Positions 1 through 9,434 of a DNA stretch of 32,000 bases are shown here, piece by piece (position 1 is the first letter of the stretch; every line of letters starts with the position of its first letter). The DNA comes from Halomicrobium mukohataei DSM 12286. Lineage in GTDB: Archaea; Halobacteriota; Halobacteria; Halobacteriales; Haloarculaceae. The position numbers and the translations under genes are program-made. Where the stretch lies: contig NC_013202.1 of assembly GCF_000023965.1 (NCBI RefSeq), positions 1,590,001-1,622,000 of the forward strand, written 5' to 3'. The notes under the pieces are model-generated. The model made no database searches and was not told the DNA's origin. It saw only the letters and a list, made by a program, of their open reading frames with translations.

Positions 1-667
1 AGCCGTCGTCGCCGCTCCCGGCCGTCCGGACTCTGAACGGTCGCGGGCCGTCGGCCGTCTCGCAGGTCACGACCGTATCGAGCCCCGCGCCGTCGGCGAC
101 CGCCGTGACGACCTCGTCGGCGTCCTCGCCGGCCAGTACTGCCTCGGCCAGCGGTGCGTCGGCGACGGCGTCGGCCGGAACGTCGAACGTCTCGGCGTAG
201 GCGGCGTTGGCGGCGCGGACGACCGGGCCGTGTCCGTCGTCGACGACGTACAGGACCGGATCGGGATGGTCGTCGAACAGGTCCGCGGGCGTCGGGGTGG
301 GCCGTCGCGGTTCCCGTCCGACGGTCATCGTCTCGTCGACCGGCTCGCCGTCGCCCGTCGCGGCGTAGTTGGTCACGACGCCGATGCCGCCCCCGAGTGC
401 GATACCCAGACCCACCGCGCCGGACATCGCGAGTGGGACGCCCAGGAACGCGACCGCGACGTAGCCGATCGCCGCCCCGGAGACAGCGCCGACGACGATA
501 CCAGCGAGGAGTCCGCCGACGCCACGGAGCCGGCGTGTCCCGGCGGCGACCAGCACTGTCGCCACGGCGGTGTCCTGTGTGAACACACCGGTGACCGCGA
601 GGGCGACACAGACGAGTGTGACGGCGCTCACCACCAGACGCTGACCGCGTACACCAACCCCCGTCAT
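1..667 (-). CDS. Membrane-anchored PAS-type sensor protein, N-terminal part only (3' end of gene lies beyond window start)
   Basis: Reverse-strand translation from ATG (667-665) gives MTGVGVRGQRLVVSAVTLVCVALAVTGVF... with several Gly/Ala-rich hydrophobic helices. This is followed by DLFDDHPDPVLYVVDDGHGPVVRAANAAYAETFDV, which looks like the start of a haloarchaeal PAS sensor domain. The frame stays open to position 1, so it is absent from the ORF track. Confidence 0.6.
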   Translation of the reverse strand, partial: MTGVGVRGQRLVVSAVTLVCVALAVTGVFTQDTAVATVLVAAGTRRLRGVGGLLAGIVVGAVSGAAIGYVAVAFLGVPLAMSGAVGLGIALGGGIGVVTNYAATGDGEPVDETMTVGREPRRPTPTPADLFDDHPDPVLYVVDDGHGPVVRAANAAYAETFDVPADAVADAPLAEAVLAGEDADEVVTAVADGAGLDTVVTCETADGPRPFRVRTAGSGDDG

Positions 668-719
668 CGTTTCGTCACTGATCGCCAGACGGTAAAACAG
701 TGTCTCATCGACGCCGTGG

Positions 720-1349
720 TCAGGCGTCGTCTCGGAGCAGCGATTCCCGTACGTAGTCGTCGAAGGCAGCCAGCACTGCCTCCGAGGGGTCGTCGTCTCT
801 GGTCGACTGTCGGAACGTCTGTCCGGCGACGAGCGTCGAGACGAACGTCGCGGTCTGTTCCGGGTCCACGTCCCTGAACACGCCGGACGCGACGCCGTTT
901 TCGACGATCTCCGCGATCTGGTCCTCGAAGCTGCGGTCGACCTCGGTGAACTTCTCGCGGATCGTCTCGTCCTGGACGGCCTGTGCGCGCAGTTCGACGT
1001 AGGTGCCCAGCACTGTCGACGCGGGCGATTCCTCGGAGACCTTCTCGGCGGTCGTCGGGTCGAGAATGAGACGAACGAACGTCCGGAGGTTCGCTTCCGG
1101 ACCGTCGCCGGCCTCCAGTGAGAACACGCGGGTGAACTCCGCGAGGATGAAGTCGACGAACGAGGTCAACAGATCGTGTTTGTCGTCGTAGTGGTGGTAG
1201 AACGTCGACTTGCTCAGATCCGCCTCGTCGGCGATCCGCTGGATCGAGAGCCCGGCGTAGCCGTACTGCTTCAGCGCACAGTACGTCGCACGCATGATCG
1301 CCTCCCGCGAGTCGTCGGGGTCGCCCGGGAAGGGCGTCTCTGGAGCCAT
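720..1349 (-). CDS. TetR/AcrR-family transcriptional regulator
   Basis: Inside ORF 720..1646(-). Start trimmed to the ATG at 1349 (MAPETPFPGDPDDSREAIMRATYCALKQYGYAGLSIQRIADEADLSKSTFYHHYDDKHDLL), a typical TetR N-terminal HTH. The upstream part of the ORF is low-complexity and overlaps the promoter region. Confidence 0.9.
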   Translation of the reverse strand: MAPETPFPGDPDDSREAIMRATYCALKQYGYAGLSIQRIADEADLSKSTFYHHYDDKHDLLTSFVDFILAEFTRVFSLEAGDGPEANLRTFVRLILDPTTAEKVSEESPASTVLGTYVELRAQAVQDETIREKFTEVDRSFEDQIAEIVENGVASGVFRDVDPEQTATFVSTLVAGQTFRQSTRDDDPSEAVLAAFDDYVRESLLRDDA

Positions 1350-1457
1350 ACCGAACGAATATTCGGTCGGCTTGGTAAGGGTTTCGGTGGGTGCGACAGC
1401 GATAGATTGATATGATACCGAACGTTCGTTCGACACGAATGCCCGAACGATCGTTCG
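1350..1457. promoter_or_regulatory. Divergent TetR / surface-protein intergenic region with three CGAA(C)-N-(G)TTCG palindromes (candidate TetR operators)
   Basis: Perfect palindromes CGAATATTCG (1356-1365), CGAACGTTCG (1419-1428) and CGAACGATCGTTCG (1444-1457). CCGAACG occurs three times (1351, 1418, 1443). An AT-rich stretch GATAGATTGATATGATA lies at 1401-1417. Confidence 0.4.
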
Positions 1458-1569
1458 AGAGCGCTCGGCTGCGAGCGTCGACCGACCGCCACGCCCTCTT
1501 TTGTGCTCTGTGGCGTGGATCGGCCCGCCGCGACACGGCACCTCGAACGGTCTGGCGGGCCAGAAACTC

Positions 1570-3498
1570 ATGAACGGACGCACCCTTCTTCCGATAGCCG
1601 TCGTTGTATTGCTCGTCACGTCGGGACTCGCCACGGCAGCGGTCACCGGCAGTCCCGATATCAGCGTTCACGTGGCCGACGACACCCTCGCACCCGGCGA
1701 GGAGTCGACGCTGGACGTCGTCCTCGTCAACAGCGGCGACCTCGACTCGGGGTCGGCGCGAAACCCCGCGCTCAACAGCGAGGTGACGACCGCTCGCGGA
1801 ACGACCGTCAGCGTCGACAACGGAAACGCTCCGCTGACCGTCGAGACGGGTGAGCAGGCCGTCGGGTCGCTTCCGGAGGGATCGACGCGCGAGCCGCTCC
1901 CGTTCAAAGTCTCCGTTCCGGACGACGCCGAACCCGGAACCTACGACGTGCAGGTCACCGTCGAGTACGACTACTACAGCTACGTCTCGGAGGCGTCGGG
2001 TTCGCGGGACCGCGAGTCCGAGAGCCGGACCTACGACGTGCAGGTGAAAATCGAGGAGTCGGCCCGACTCGACGTCACCGACGTAGACACGACGACGCGG
2101 GTCGACGGGACCGGCACCGTCGAACTCACCGTCGAAAACAACGGGTCGGCGACGGCCCGAGACGCGACCCTCTCGCTGGCTTCCCCCAGCGCCGACCTGA
2201 CGCTCGGCCAGTCCGCGAGCGCAGAACGATACGTCGAACAGTGGGAACCCGACGAACAGCGGACCTTCACCTACCGGCTGAGTGCCGCCCAGACCGCCGA
2301 GTCCGAACCGTACCCGTTCACGCTGACGGCGGACTACGAACTCGGGAGCGGCGAGTCACGCACGAGCCAGCCGGTCACCGTCGAAGTGACCCCGGAGCCA
2401 GAACAGGAGTTCACCGTCAGCTCGATCGACAGCACCGTTCCGGTCGGTGACAGCGGTGACTACACCGTCACGCTTCGCAACGACGGATCGGAGACGCTCA
2501 CGGACGCCTCGGTCCAGCTGACCTCACAGAACGCAGACATCACGTTCGGCCAGTCGAACAGCGCCAGCCAGTACGTCGAGGAGTGGGAACCGGGCGCAGA
2601 ACGGACTCTCACCTTCGACGCTCGGGCCGGTGACGATGCCGAGCGGCGCAACTACACGGTCGACGCGACGGTCGAGTACGATCGACCGGACGACTCCGCC
2701 ACCCATCGACAGGACGTGTCCCTCTCGCTGCGGCCGGTCGCCGAGCAGACCTTCGCCGTCGACACCGTCGACGCGGACCTGGAAGTCGGTGACGACGGGA
2801 CGCTGTCGGCCGAGTTGACCAACACCGGCCCCCGCACCGCCGAAGACGTCGTCGTGGTGTGGGCCAGCGAGCAGCGCAACGTCGATCCGATCGAAACGGA
2901 GTACTCGATCGGGAACCTCGACGCGGGCGAGTCCGCGTCGTTCGACTTCGACGTGGACATCAGCGACAGCGCGCGCAGCGGCCCCCGACAGTTCACGCTC
3001 CAGACGCGCTACACCAACGACGACGACGAACAGCGCACCGGTGACTCGATGAACGTCCGTGCCGACGTCGCGCCAGAGCGCGACGAGTTCGACGTAGCCA
3101 TCCGGAGTGCAAACGTCTCTGCCGGCGACGGGACGGAGCTCACCGTCGAGATCACGAACGCCAAGAACCAGACGCTCAGCGACATCAAGGCCAAGATCTT
3201 CGCCGACTCGCCGATCTCGGCCAACGACGACGAGGCGTTCGTGGACGAACTCTCACCGGGCGAGTCCCGGGAGATCACCTTCTCGATCAGCGCGGGCAGC
3301 AGTGCGCTCTCGAAGCCCTATCCCGTCTCGATGGACTTCCAGTACGACGAAGCCGACGGTGACACGGTCACCTCGGACACGTACAACATCCCGGTCGAGG
3401 TCGAAGAGTCGAGCGGCGGCAGTTCACCGCTCGTGTTGATCGGTGTGGTGGTCGTCCTGATCGTCGCTGCCGTGGGCGGCTACGTTCGGTTCCGATAG
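1570..3498 (+). CDS. Secreted, C-terminally membrane-anchored protein built of about five tandem beta-sandwich repeats (COG1361 / CARDB-like S-layer-domain type)
   Basis: ORF 1501..3498 trimmed to the ATG at 1570 (MNGRTLLPIAVVVLLVTSGLATAAV, a signal peptide). Recurring modules of about 100 aa, e.g. VELTVENNGSATARDATLSLAS..LTLGQS..YVEQWEPDEQRTFTY versus YTVTLRNDGSETLTDASVQLTS..ITFGQS..YVEEWEPGAERTLTF. C-terminal TM anchor PLVLIGVVVVLIVAAVGGYVRFR. Confidence 0.8.
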   Translation: MNGRTLLPIAVVVLLVTSGLATAAVTGSPDISVHVADDTLAPGEESTLDVVLVNSGDLDSGSARNPALNSEVTTARGTTVSVDNGNAPLTVETGEQAVGSLPEGSTREPLPFKVSVPDDAEPGTYDVQVTVEYDYYSYVSEASGSRDRESESRTYDVQVKIEESARLDVTDVDTTTRVDGTGTVELTVENNGSATARDATLSLASPSADLTLGQSASAERYVEQWEPDEQRTFTYRLSAAQTAESEPYPFTLTADYELGSGESRTSQPVTVEVTPEPEQEFTVSSIDSTVPVGDSGDYTVTLRNDGSETLTDASVQLTSQNADITFGQSNSASQYVEEWEPGAERTLTFDARAGDDAERRNYTVDATVEYDRPDDSATHRQDVSLSLRPVAEQTFAVDTVDADLEVGDDGTLSAELTNTGPRTAEDVVVVWASEQRNVDPIETEYSIGNLDAGESASFDFDVDISDSARSGPRQFTLQTRYTNDDDEQRTGDSMNVRADVAPERDEFDVAIRSANVSAGDGTELTVEITNAKNQTLSDIKAKIFADSPISANDDEAFVDELSPGESREITFSISAGSSALSKPYPVSMDFQYDEADGDTVTSDTYNIPVEVEESSGGSSPLVLIGVVVVLIVAAVGGYVRFR

Positions 3499-3501
3499 CA
3501 C

Positions 3502-6030
3502 ATGGAGTACCAACGCTACATCGACTGGATCGACGACAAGATCATCTACGACTCCAGGCGCGTCATCCTGGCGTTCCTGGTCCTGACACTCGTCTTCGGG
3601 GCGGGGCTCAGCAACATCTCCACGTCCGCCGGGACCTCGCAGTTCGCCACCGGCCTCGAAGAGGAGCAGGCGCTCGAAGACATCAACCGGGAGTTCTCTC
3701 CGACCTTCGAGACCGACACCGGGAGTACGCAGCTCATTCAAAAGGAGAACAACGTCCTCTCGAAGCCGGCCATGCTGCGGATGCTCGAAGCCCAAAAGCG
3801 GGTGCAGGACCACCCGGACATGCGGGTCACGTCGACGAGCAGTGCCGCCGCGATCGTCGCACAGACGCTCGATCCGTCGGCGACGACCCTCGACCAGCAG
3901 ATCGACGCGATCGAGCGCGCCCCCGCGTCCGAGATCGACCGTGCGGTGCGCCGGGCCGACGAATCGAGCCCGCGGTTCAGCTCGATCGTCAGCCAGGACT
4001 TCAACCGCGGGGACGCCAGCGCCTCGGCGTCGATCGGCGTCATCAGCCACGAGGTGCCCGCCGGACTCTCGTCGGGGTCGGGGCAGGGTGGCTCCAGTCC
4101 CCTGACCGCGATCCAGAAGCAAGCTGAGTTCCAGGTCGACTCCGCCGCTGGCGGTTCGATCACCGTCTTCGGTAGCGGTATCGTCGCCGACGAGTTCGGG
4201 AGCGTCATCACCGACTCCCTGCTGATCGTCGTTCCCGCCGCCGTCCTCTTCATCTTCCTGTTCCTCTCGATCGCCTACCGCGATCCCGTCGACCTCGCGC
4301 TGGGCCTGTTCGCCCTGCTGATGGCGATCGTCTGGACGTTCGGGTTCACCGGTATCGCCGGCATCCCCTTCAGCCAGATGTTGATCGCCGTGCCGCCGCT
4401 GTTGCTGGCCGTCGGGATCGACTTCGGGATCCACGCGGTCAACCGTTACCGCGAGGAACTCGTGCTCGGCAGGGGCGTCGACGAGTCGATGCGGACCACG
4501 ACCGATCAGCTACTGGTGGCGTTCTTCATCGTCACCGGGACGACGGTCATCGGCTTCCTGGCGAACTTCACGAGCGCGCTGGAGCCTATCCGCGAGTTCG
4601 GCGTCGTCGCCGGGGTCGGCATCGTCTTTACGTTCCTCATCTTCGGAATCTTCCTCCCGGCCGCGAAAGTCGAGATCGACCGGCTCCGCGAGCGCTACCC
4701 GATCCCGACGCTGAGCGAGACGCCGCTTGGCTCCGAGGATTCGGCGCTGGGATCGGTACTGCGAGTCGGAGTGACGATCGGCGACGCCGCACCGGCGCTC
4801 GTCCTCGTCGTCCTGCTCGTCGGCAGTGCCGGCGCTGGCGTCTACGCTCAGGAAATCGACACGACGTTCAGCCAGGAGGACTTCCTCCCGCCAGAGGACA
4901 CCCCGGCGTTCCTCGAAGAGCTACCGGAACCGTTCGCGCCGGGCGAGTACACCGTCTCCGCGCAGCTGAACTACCTCGAAGACAAGTTCGCGACCACGCA
5001 GTCGAGTGAGACGACGGTGTACGTCGAAGGGCCGATGCAACGGGACACGGCGCTCGAAGAGATCTATCGGGCCGGAGACGACCCGCCGGACTCCTTCGCC
5101 GAGAGCGACGGCCGCGCGGAGTCGACCTCGATCGTCACCGTCATCCAGAGCTACGCCCAGCAAGATCCCGAGTTTCGCCGGCTCGTCGACCGCAACGACC
5201 AGAACGACAACGGCGTTCCGGACCAGAACCTCGAACTGATCTACGACGAACTGTTCGCCTCGCCGGCCGGCGACCGCGCCGAGAACTACATGACGGCGGA
5301 ACGGCGGAGCGCCCGCGTCGTCTACACGGTCGAGGCCGACGCCGAACAGAACGAGATCACCGAGGACACCCGAACGGTCGCCGATCGGTTCCGGATGACC
5401 GCGACCGCGACCGGCAACACCGTCGTGTTCAAGGCCGTCTCGGACCTCATCCTCGAATCCGCGATCACCAGTCTCGCCGTCGCGCTGATCGGCTCGGCGA
5501 TCTTCCTGATGGTCATCTACCGAGTGTTCGAGGGGTACGCCACGCTGGGGATCGTCAACGTCCTCCCCGTCGCGGTGACGGTGACGATGGTGGCCGCGTC
5601 GATGCGGTTCCTCGCCATCCCGTTCAACGCGATCACCGCGACGATCCTGGCGATCACGATCGGACTCGGCGTCGACTACTCGGTCCACGTGACCCACCGG
5701 TTCGCCGACGAGCGCGCGGAACACGACCTCCGGACGGCGCTCGACCGGACGGTCCGTGGCACCGGTGGGGCGCTGCTGGGCAGCATGCTCACCACCGTCT
5801 CGGGGATCGGCGTGCTCGCGCTCGCGCTGTTCCCCGCGCTGGGTCAGTTCGGCATCCTCACCGGGCTGTCGATCACTTTCGCCTTCCTGGCGTCGCTGCT
5901 CGTCCTTCCACCGGCGCTGGTGCTGTGGGACGCGCTGATCAACGAGGATCGCCGCCTCGCCTCCCTGTTCGGGATCGGGCCGAAACAGAAGGCCACGCAG
6001 GCCCCGACCGTCGGCGGGCCCGACGAGTAG
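3502..6030 (+). CDS. RND-superfamily exporter, MMPL / COG1033 type
   Basis: 842 aa, starting 4 nt after the upstream stop. Two blocks of about 6 TM helices (e.g. LLIVVPAAVLFIFLFLSIAYRDPVDLALGLFALLMAIVWTFGFTGIAGIPFSQM and SAIFLMVIYRVFEGYATLGIVNVLPVAVTVTMVAASMRFLAIPFNAITATILAITIGLGVDYSVH), each following a large soluble loop. Confidence 0.9.
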   Translation: MEYQRYIDWIDDKIIYDSRRVILAFLVLTLVFGAGLSNISTSAGTSQFATGLEEEQALEDINREFSPTFETDTGSTQLIQKENNVLSKPAMLRMLEAQKRVQDHPDMRVTSTSSAAAIVAQTLDPSATTLDQQIDAIERAPASEIDRAVRRADESSPRFSSIVSQDFNRGDASASASIGVISHEVPAGLSSGSGQGGSSPLTAIQKQAEFQVDSAAGGSITVFGSGIVADEFGSVITDSLLIVVPAAVLFIFLFLSIAYRDPVDLALGLFALLMAIVWTFGFTGIAGIPFSQMLIAVPPLLLAVGIDFGIHAVNRYREELVLGRGVDESMRTTTDQLLVAFFIVTGTTVIGFLANFTSALEPIREFGVVAGVGIVFTFLIFGIFLPAAKVEIDRLRERYPIPTLSETPLGSEDSALGSVLRVGVTIGDAAPALVLVVLLVGSAGAGVYAQEIDTTFSQEDFLPPEDTPAFLEELPEPFAPGEYTVSAQLNYLEDKFATTQSSETTVYVEGPMQRDTALEEIYRAGDDPPDSFAESDGRAESTSIVTVIQSYAQQDPEFRRLVDRNDQNDNGVPDQNLELIYDELFASPAGDRAENYMTAERRSARVVYTVEADAEQNEITEDTRTVADRFRMTATATGNTVVFKAVSDLILESAITSLAVALIGSAIFLMVIYRVFEGYATLGIVNVLPVAVTVTMVAASMRFLAIPFNAITATILAITIGLGVDYSVHVTHRFADERAEHDLRTALDRTVRGTGGALLGSMLTTVSGIGVLALALFPALGQFGILTGLSITFAFLASLLVLPPALVLWDALINEDRRLASLFGIGPKQKATQAPTVGGPDE

Positions 6031-6098
6031 CCCGACGGCGACGCCGGTGAGCGCCACGTTACTGAACGCTTTTGGGTCGGCGTCCGTTTAGTGTCGGT

Positions 6099-7520
6099 AT
6101 GACCCACGTCGTCATCATCGGAGCCTACGGCAGCGCCGGAGCCGCCGTCGCTGGCGAGCTGGCAGAGGAACCGGGTATCGAACTGACGCTGATCGACGAC
6201 GGCGAGCCCGGCGGCGGACTCTGTATCCTTCGGGGTTGTATGCCCTCGAAAGAAGTCCTCTCGGCAGGAGCCCATCGCTTCCAGGCCCGCCACGACGACC
6301 GACTGGTCGGCGACGCGCCCGAGGTCGACCTCGAACGGACCGTCGAGCGCAAGGACGACCACACCCTCGGGTGGGCGGGCCACCGCCGCGCCGGCATCGA
6401 GGAGCTGGCCGAGCGCGACGACGTGCGCTTCGTCCACGACACCGCTCGGTTCGTCGACCCACACACCGTCCGCGCGGGCGGCGAGGAGTTCGACGCCGAC
6501 TACGTCGTCGTCGCCACCGGCTCCAGCGTCAACGTCCCCGACGTTCCGGGGATCGACGAGGTCGAGTTCATGACCAGCGCCGACGTGCTGGACGCCACCG
6601 ACTTCCCCGACTCCGGGATCGTGATGGGCTTTGGCTACATCGGCATGGAGATGGTCCCGTACCTCGCCGAGGCCGGCGGGATGGACCTGACCGTCGTCGA
6701 GCACGACGACCGACCGATCGACGAGGCCGACCCCGAGTTCGGGGACGCCGCACTGGAGCTGTATCGGAACCACTGGGACCTGGAGATTCCGACCAACTGC
6801 CACGAACGGCGTCTCGAAGCGACCGACGACGGCGGCGTCCGGCTCACCGTCGAGTTCGAGGACGACGGGGCCGACGGTCCCACTCGGGAGACCTACGAGG
6901 CCGACCAGCTGTTTTGCTTCACCGGCCGCCGCCCGACCGTCGAGGGGCTCGGACTGGACAACACGGAGATCGCCGTCTCCGGCGACTGGGTCCGCGAGAC
7001 GATGCAGACGGCAGCCCACGACCACGTGTACGCCGTCGGCGACGTCAACGGCAAGGAGCCGATCCTCCACGTCGCCAAGGAGCAGGGCTTTACCGCCGCA
7101 GAGAACATCCGCCGACAGGAAGCCGGGAACGCGCCCCAGCCCTACGAGAACGTCCACCATCACGTGATCTTCTCCGGGCTCGGCGTCTATCCGTTCGCCC
7201 GCGTCGGCCACAACGAACAGACCGCCAGAGAGGCGGGCCACGATATCGCCGTCGCGACCCGGCAGGCGAGCGACGACGGGGTCTTCAAGTCCAAGTACGT
7301 TCCCGAGGGGCTCGCGAAGCTCGTCGTCGACCGGGCAGACGGCACCGTGCTCGGCTGGCAGGGGATGCACTACCACGCCGACAGCTTCGCGAAGACGATG
7401 CAGATCGTCGTCGAGATGGGGTTAGACGTTCGGGAGCTGCCCGATCGCTCCTACCACCCGACCCTGCCCGAGAACCTCGACGGACTGTTCCGTGACGCCG
7501 CCGACGCCGTCGAGCAGTAA
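6099..7520 (+). CDS. Class-I pyridine-nucleotide disulfide oxidoreductase (dihydrolipoamide dehydrogenase / MerA / disulfide-reductase-like)
   Basis: ATG at 6099 gives MTHVVIIGAYGSAGAAVAG (FAD-binding GxGxxG). Redox-active pair GGLCILRGCMPSK (CxxxxC). Second Rossmann fold VMGFGYIGMEMV. C-terminal dimerisation motif YHPTLPE. Confidence 0.85.
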   Translation: MTHVVIIGAYGSAGAAVAGELAEEPGIELTLIDDGEPGGGLCILRGCMPSKEVLSAGAHRFQARHDDRLVGDAPEVDLERTVERKDDHTLGWAGHRRAGIEELAERDDVRFVHDTARFVDPHTVRAGGEEFDADYVVVATGSSVNVPDVPGIDEVEFMTSADVLDATDFPDSGIVMGFGYIGMEMVPYLAEAGGMDLTVVEHDDRPIDEADPEFGDAALELYRNHWDLEIPTNCHERRLEATDDGGVRLTVEFEDDGADGPTRETYEADQLFCFTGRRPTVEGLGLDNTEIAVSGDWVRETMQTAAHDHVYAVGDVNGKEPILHVAKEQGFTAAENIRRQEAGNAPQPYENVHHHVIFSGLGVYPFARVGHNEQTAREAGHDIAVATRQASDDGVFKSKYVPEGLAKLVVDRADGTVLGWQGMHYHADSFAKTMQIVVEMGLDVRELPDRSYHPTLPENLDGLFRDAADAVEQ

Positions 7521-7535
7521 GGCACTGCGACGGGA

Positions 7536-9434
7536 TCAGGCGAGGGGCAGGTCACGGATCTCGAAGCGCGCCCCGCCGTCGTCGCCGTCGGTGACGGTGA
7601 CGTATCCGCCGTGAGCCTCGGCGATCTCGGAGACGATCTTGAGGCCGAACCCGGTGCCGTCGTCGATGGTCGTGTAGGCAGACTGGAAGACGTCGTCGCG
7701 CTCGTCTTCGGGGATACCGGGGCCGTCGTCGGCGACGTAGAAGCCGGTCCCCTCTTCGAGGGGCCCGACGGTGATGACGACCCCTCGACCGGCGTGCTGG
7801 ACCGCGTTTCGAAAGAGATTCTCCAGGAGCTGCTGGAGACGCGTCGCGTCGCCGAGGAAACGGTCGTCGACGTCGATTCGCAGCGTCGCCTCGTCGCTTT
7901 CGACGACCGCCCAGGCGTCCTCGGCGACGGTCTCGATGTCGACCGGCGTCGGTTCCGAGACGGTCCTGCCGTCGCGTGCCACCGACAGGATGTCCTCGAT
8001 CAGCGTGTCCATCCGCTGGAGCGACCGCTCGATCGCGTCGAAGTGCTCCTCGGCCCCGGTTTCGCGTGCCACGTCGATCCGTCCGAGTGCGACGCTGAGC
8101 GGGTTGCGCAGGTCGTGGCTGACGACGCTGGCGAACTCTTCGAGCCGGTTTCGCTCGCGGGCGATCTCGTTCTGGTGACGGCGGCGCTCCTGTTCGTAGC
8201 TCACCCAGTTGCCGAGCAGTTCCACGAGGGCGATCTCCCAGTCCGAGAAGGGCTCGGTCCGTGGCTCTCGGTCGTAGAAGCAGAACGTGCCGTACACCTC
8301 GTCCTCGACCACTACGGGGGTACCGAGATAGCAGGCGATGCCATCGTCGGTGTATCCGGCGCGTTCGGCCAGTTCCGGCGCGTCCCGTGCGATGTCTTCG
8401 AGGACCAGCGTCTCTTCGGTGACGATCGCCCGCTCGCAGTTGGTCTCGTCGAGCGCGACCCGGTCCCCGGGCTGGGTGTCGCCGGTCGGATCGCGAACGA
8501 CCTCGAAGACGTACTCGTCGCCCTCTCTGGAGGAGAGCGCCCCGTAGTCGGTTCCGAGCACCGACTGGCCGATCGAGAGCAACCGATCGACCTGCTCCTC
8601 GAAGCTGAGCGTCTTCTCGGAGACGACGCGGTACATCTCCTTGAGGATGCGCTCGCGCTCCCGGAGCGTCTCGATCCGGTGCTTTCGATCCGTCACGTCC
8701 TGGAAGTACACCGAGAGCCCGTCGACCGAGGGGTAGGCCCGCACCTCGAACCACGTCCCGAGGGGCTCGTACTCGGCCTCGAAGGTCGTCACCCGCTGTT
8801 CGTCCATCGCTTCGGTGTATCGGTCGTAGAACTCCGTGTCGACGACTTCCGGCAACAGATCCCAGATTCGGGTCCCGACGAGGTCGTCGATCGACCGATC
8901 CACGTCGGCGGCGTCACACACGATCTCTCGCGCCCGTTCGTTGAGGTAGGTGAACCGCCACTCCACGTCCAGCGCGAAGAACGCGTCGGTCATGCGATCG
9001 AGGATCGCCGACTGTTCGTGCGGGCGGCTCACTGCCTCGGTGACGGTCGTGACGAGCGTGGGGAGCTGTTCTTCGAGTGGCGTCCGCCGGAGATAGCCGG
9101 TCACGTCGGCGTCGATCGCCTCGCTGGCGACCGTCTCGCTGCCGTCGTCGGTGAACAACACGAACGGGAGCGACGGGGCGCGACGCCGTATCGATCGCAG
9201 CAGCGACAGCCCACTACCGTCCGGGAGGTCCTGTTCGCTGACGACACAGTCTGTCGATCCGTCCGTCACGTGGGCAAGTGCCGTCGCCGCGTCGGCGACG
9301 TGTGTGACGCGAAACGGCCCGCTGTCGCCGAACGAGTCTCGAACCGTCGAGTCCGTGTCCGGGTCGACGTAGAGGACGTCGACGGTGTCCCCTCGCGGCG
9401 CTCGCGTTCGATCGACACTGTTCGCCCGGTCCAT
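7536..9434 (-). CDS. Hybrid sensor histidine kinase (REC-PAS-GAF-HisKA-HATPase_c)
   Basis: Receiver: VLYVDPD...CVVSEQDLPDGSGLSLLRSIR. PAS: ILDRMTDAFFALDVEWRFTYLNERA. GAF-like: LLSIGQSVLGTDYGALSS...CYLGTPVVVEDEVYGTFCFYD. H-box: FASVVSHDLRNPLSV. ATPase G-boxes: YVADDGPGIP and GTGFGLKIV. Confidence 0.9.
   Translation of the reverse strand: MDRANSVDRTRAPRGDTVDVLYVDPDTDSTVRDSFGDSGPFRVTHVADAATALAHVTDGSTDCVVSEQDLPDGSGLSLLRSIRRRAPSLPFVLFTDDGSETVASEAIDADVTGYLRRTPLEEQLPTLVTTVTEAVSRPHEQSAILDRMTDAFFALDVEWRFTYLNERAREIVCDAADVDRSIDDLVGTRIWDLLPEVVDTEFYDRYTEAMDEQRVTTFEAEYEPLGTWFEVRAYPSVDGLSVYFQDVTDRKHRIETLRERERILKEMYRVVSEKTLSFEEQVDRLLSIGQSVLGTDYGALSSREGDEYVFEVVRDPTGDTQPGDRVALDETNCERAIVTEETLVLEDIARDAPELAERAGYTDDGIACYLGTPVVVEDEVYGTFCFYDREPRTEPFSDWEIALVELLGNWVSYEQERRRHQNEIARERNRLEEFASVVSHDLRNPLSVALGRIDVARETGAEEHFDAIERSLQRMDTLIEDILSVARDGRTVSEPTPVDIETVAEDAWAVVESDEATLRIDVDDRFLGDATRLQQLLENLFRNAVQHAGRGVVITVGPLEEGTGFYVADDGPGIPEDERDDVFQSAYTTIDDGTGFGLKIVSEIAEAHGGYVTVTDGDDGGARFEIRDLPLA

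Noticed and set aside
1501-1569. The TTG start at 1501 for the surface-protein gene
   Set aside because: The extension MCSVAWIGPPRHGTSNGLAGQKL is not signal-peptide-like, whereas the ATG at 1570 begins a textbook signal peptide.
3424-7376. Long reverse-strand ORFs 3424..4434, 4921..6057 and 5844..7376 (336-510 aa), overlapping the RND exporter and the disulfide reductase
   Set aside because: Their translations are Arg/Asp/Gly/Val-rich low complexity with no recognisable motifs. They are antisense to genes with strong family signatures. Shadow ORFs of this kind are typical of high-G+C DNA.
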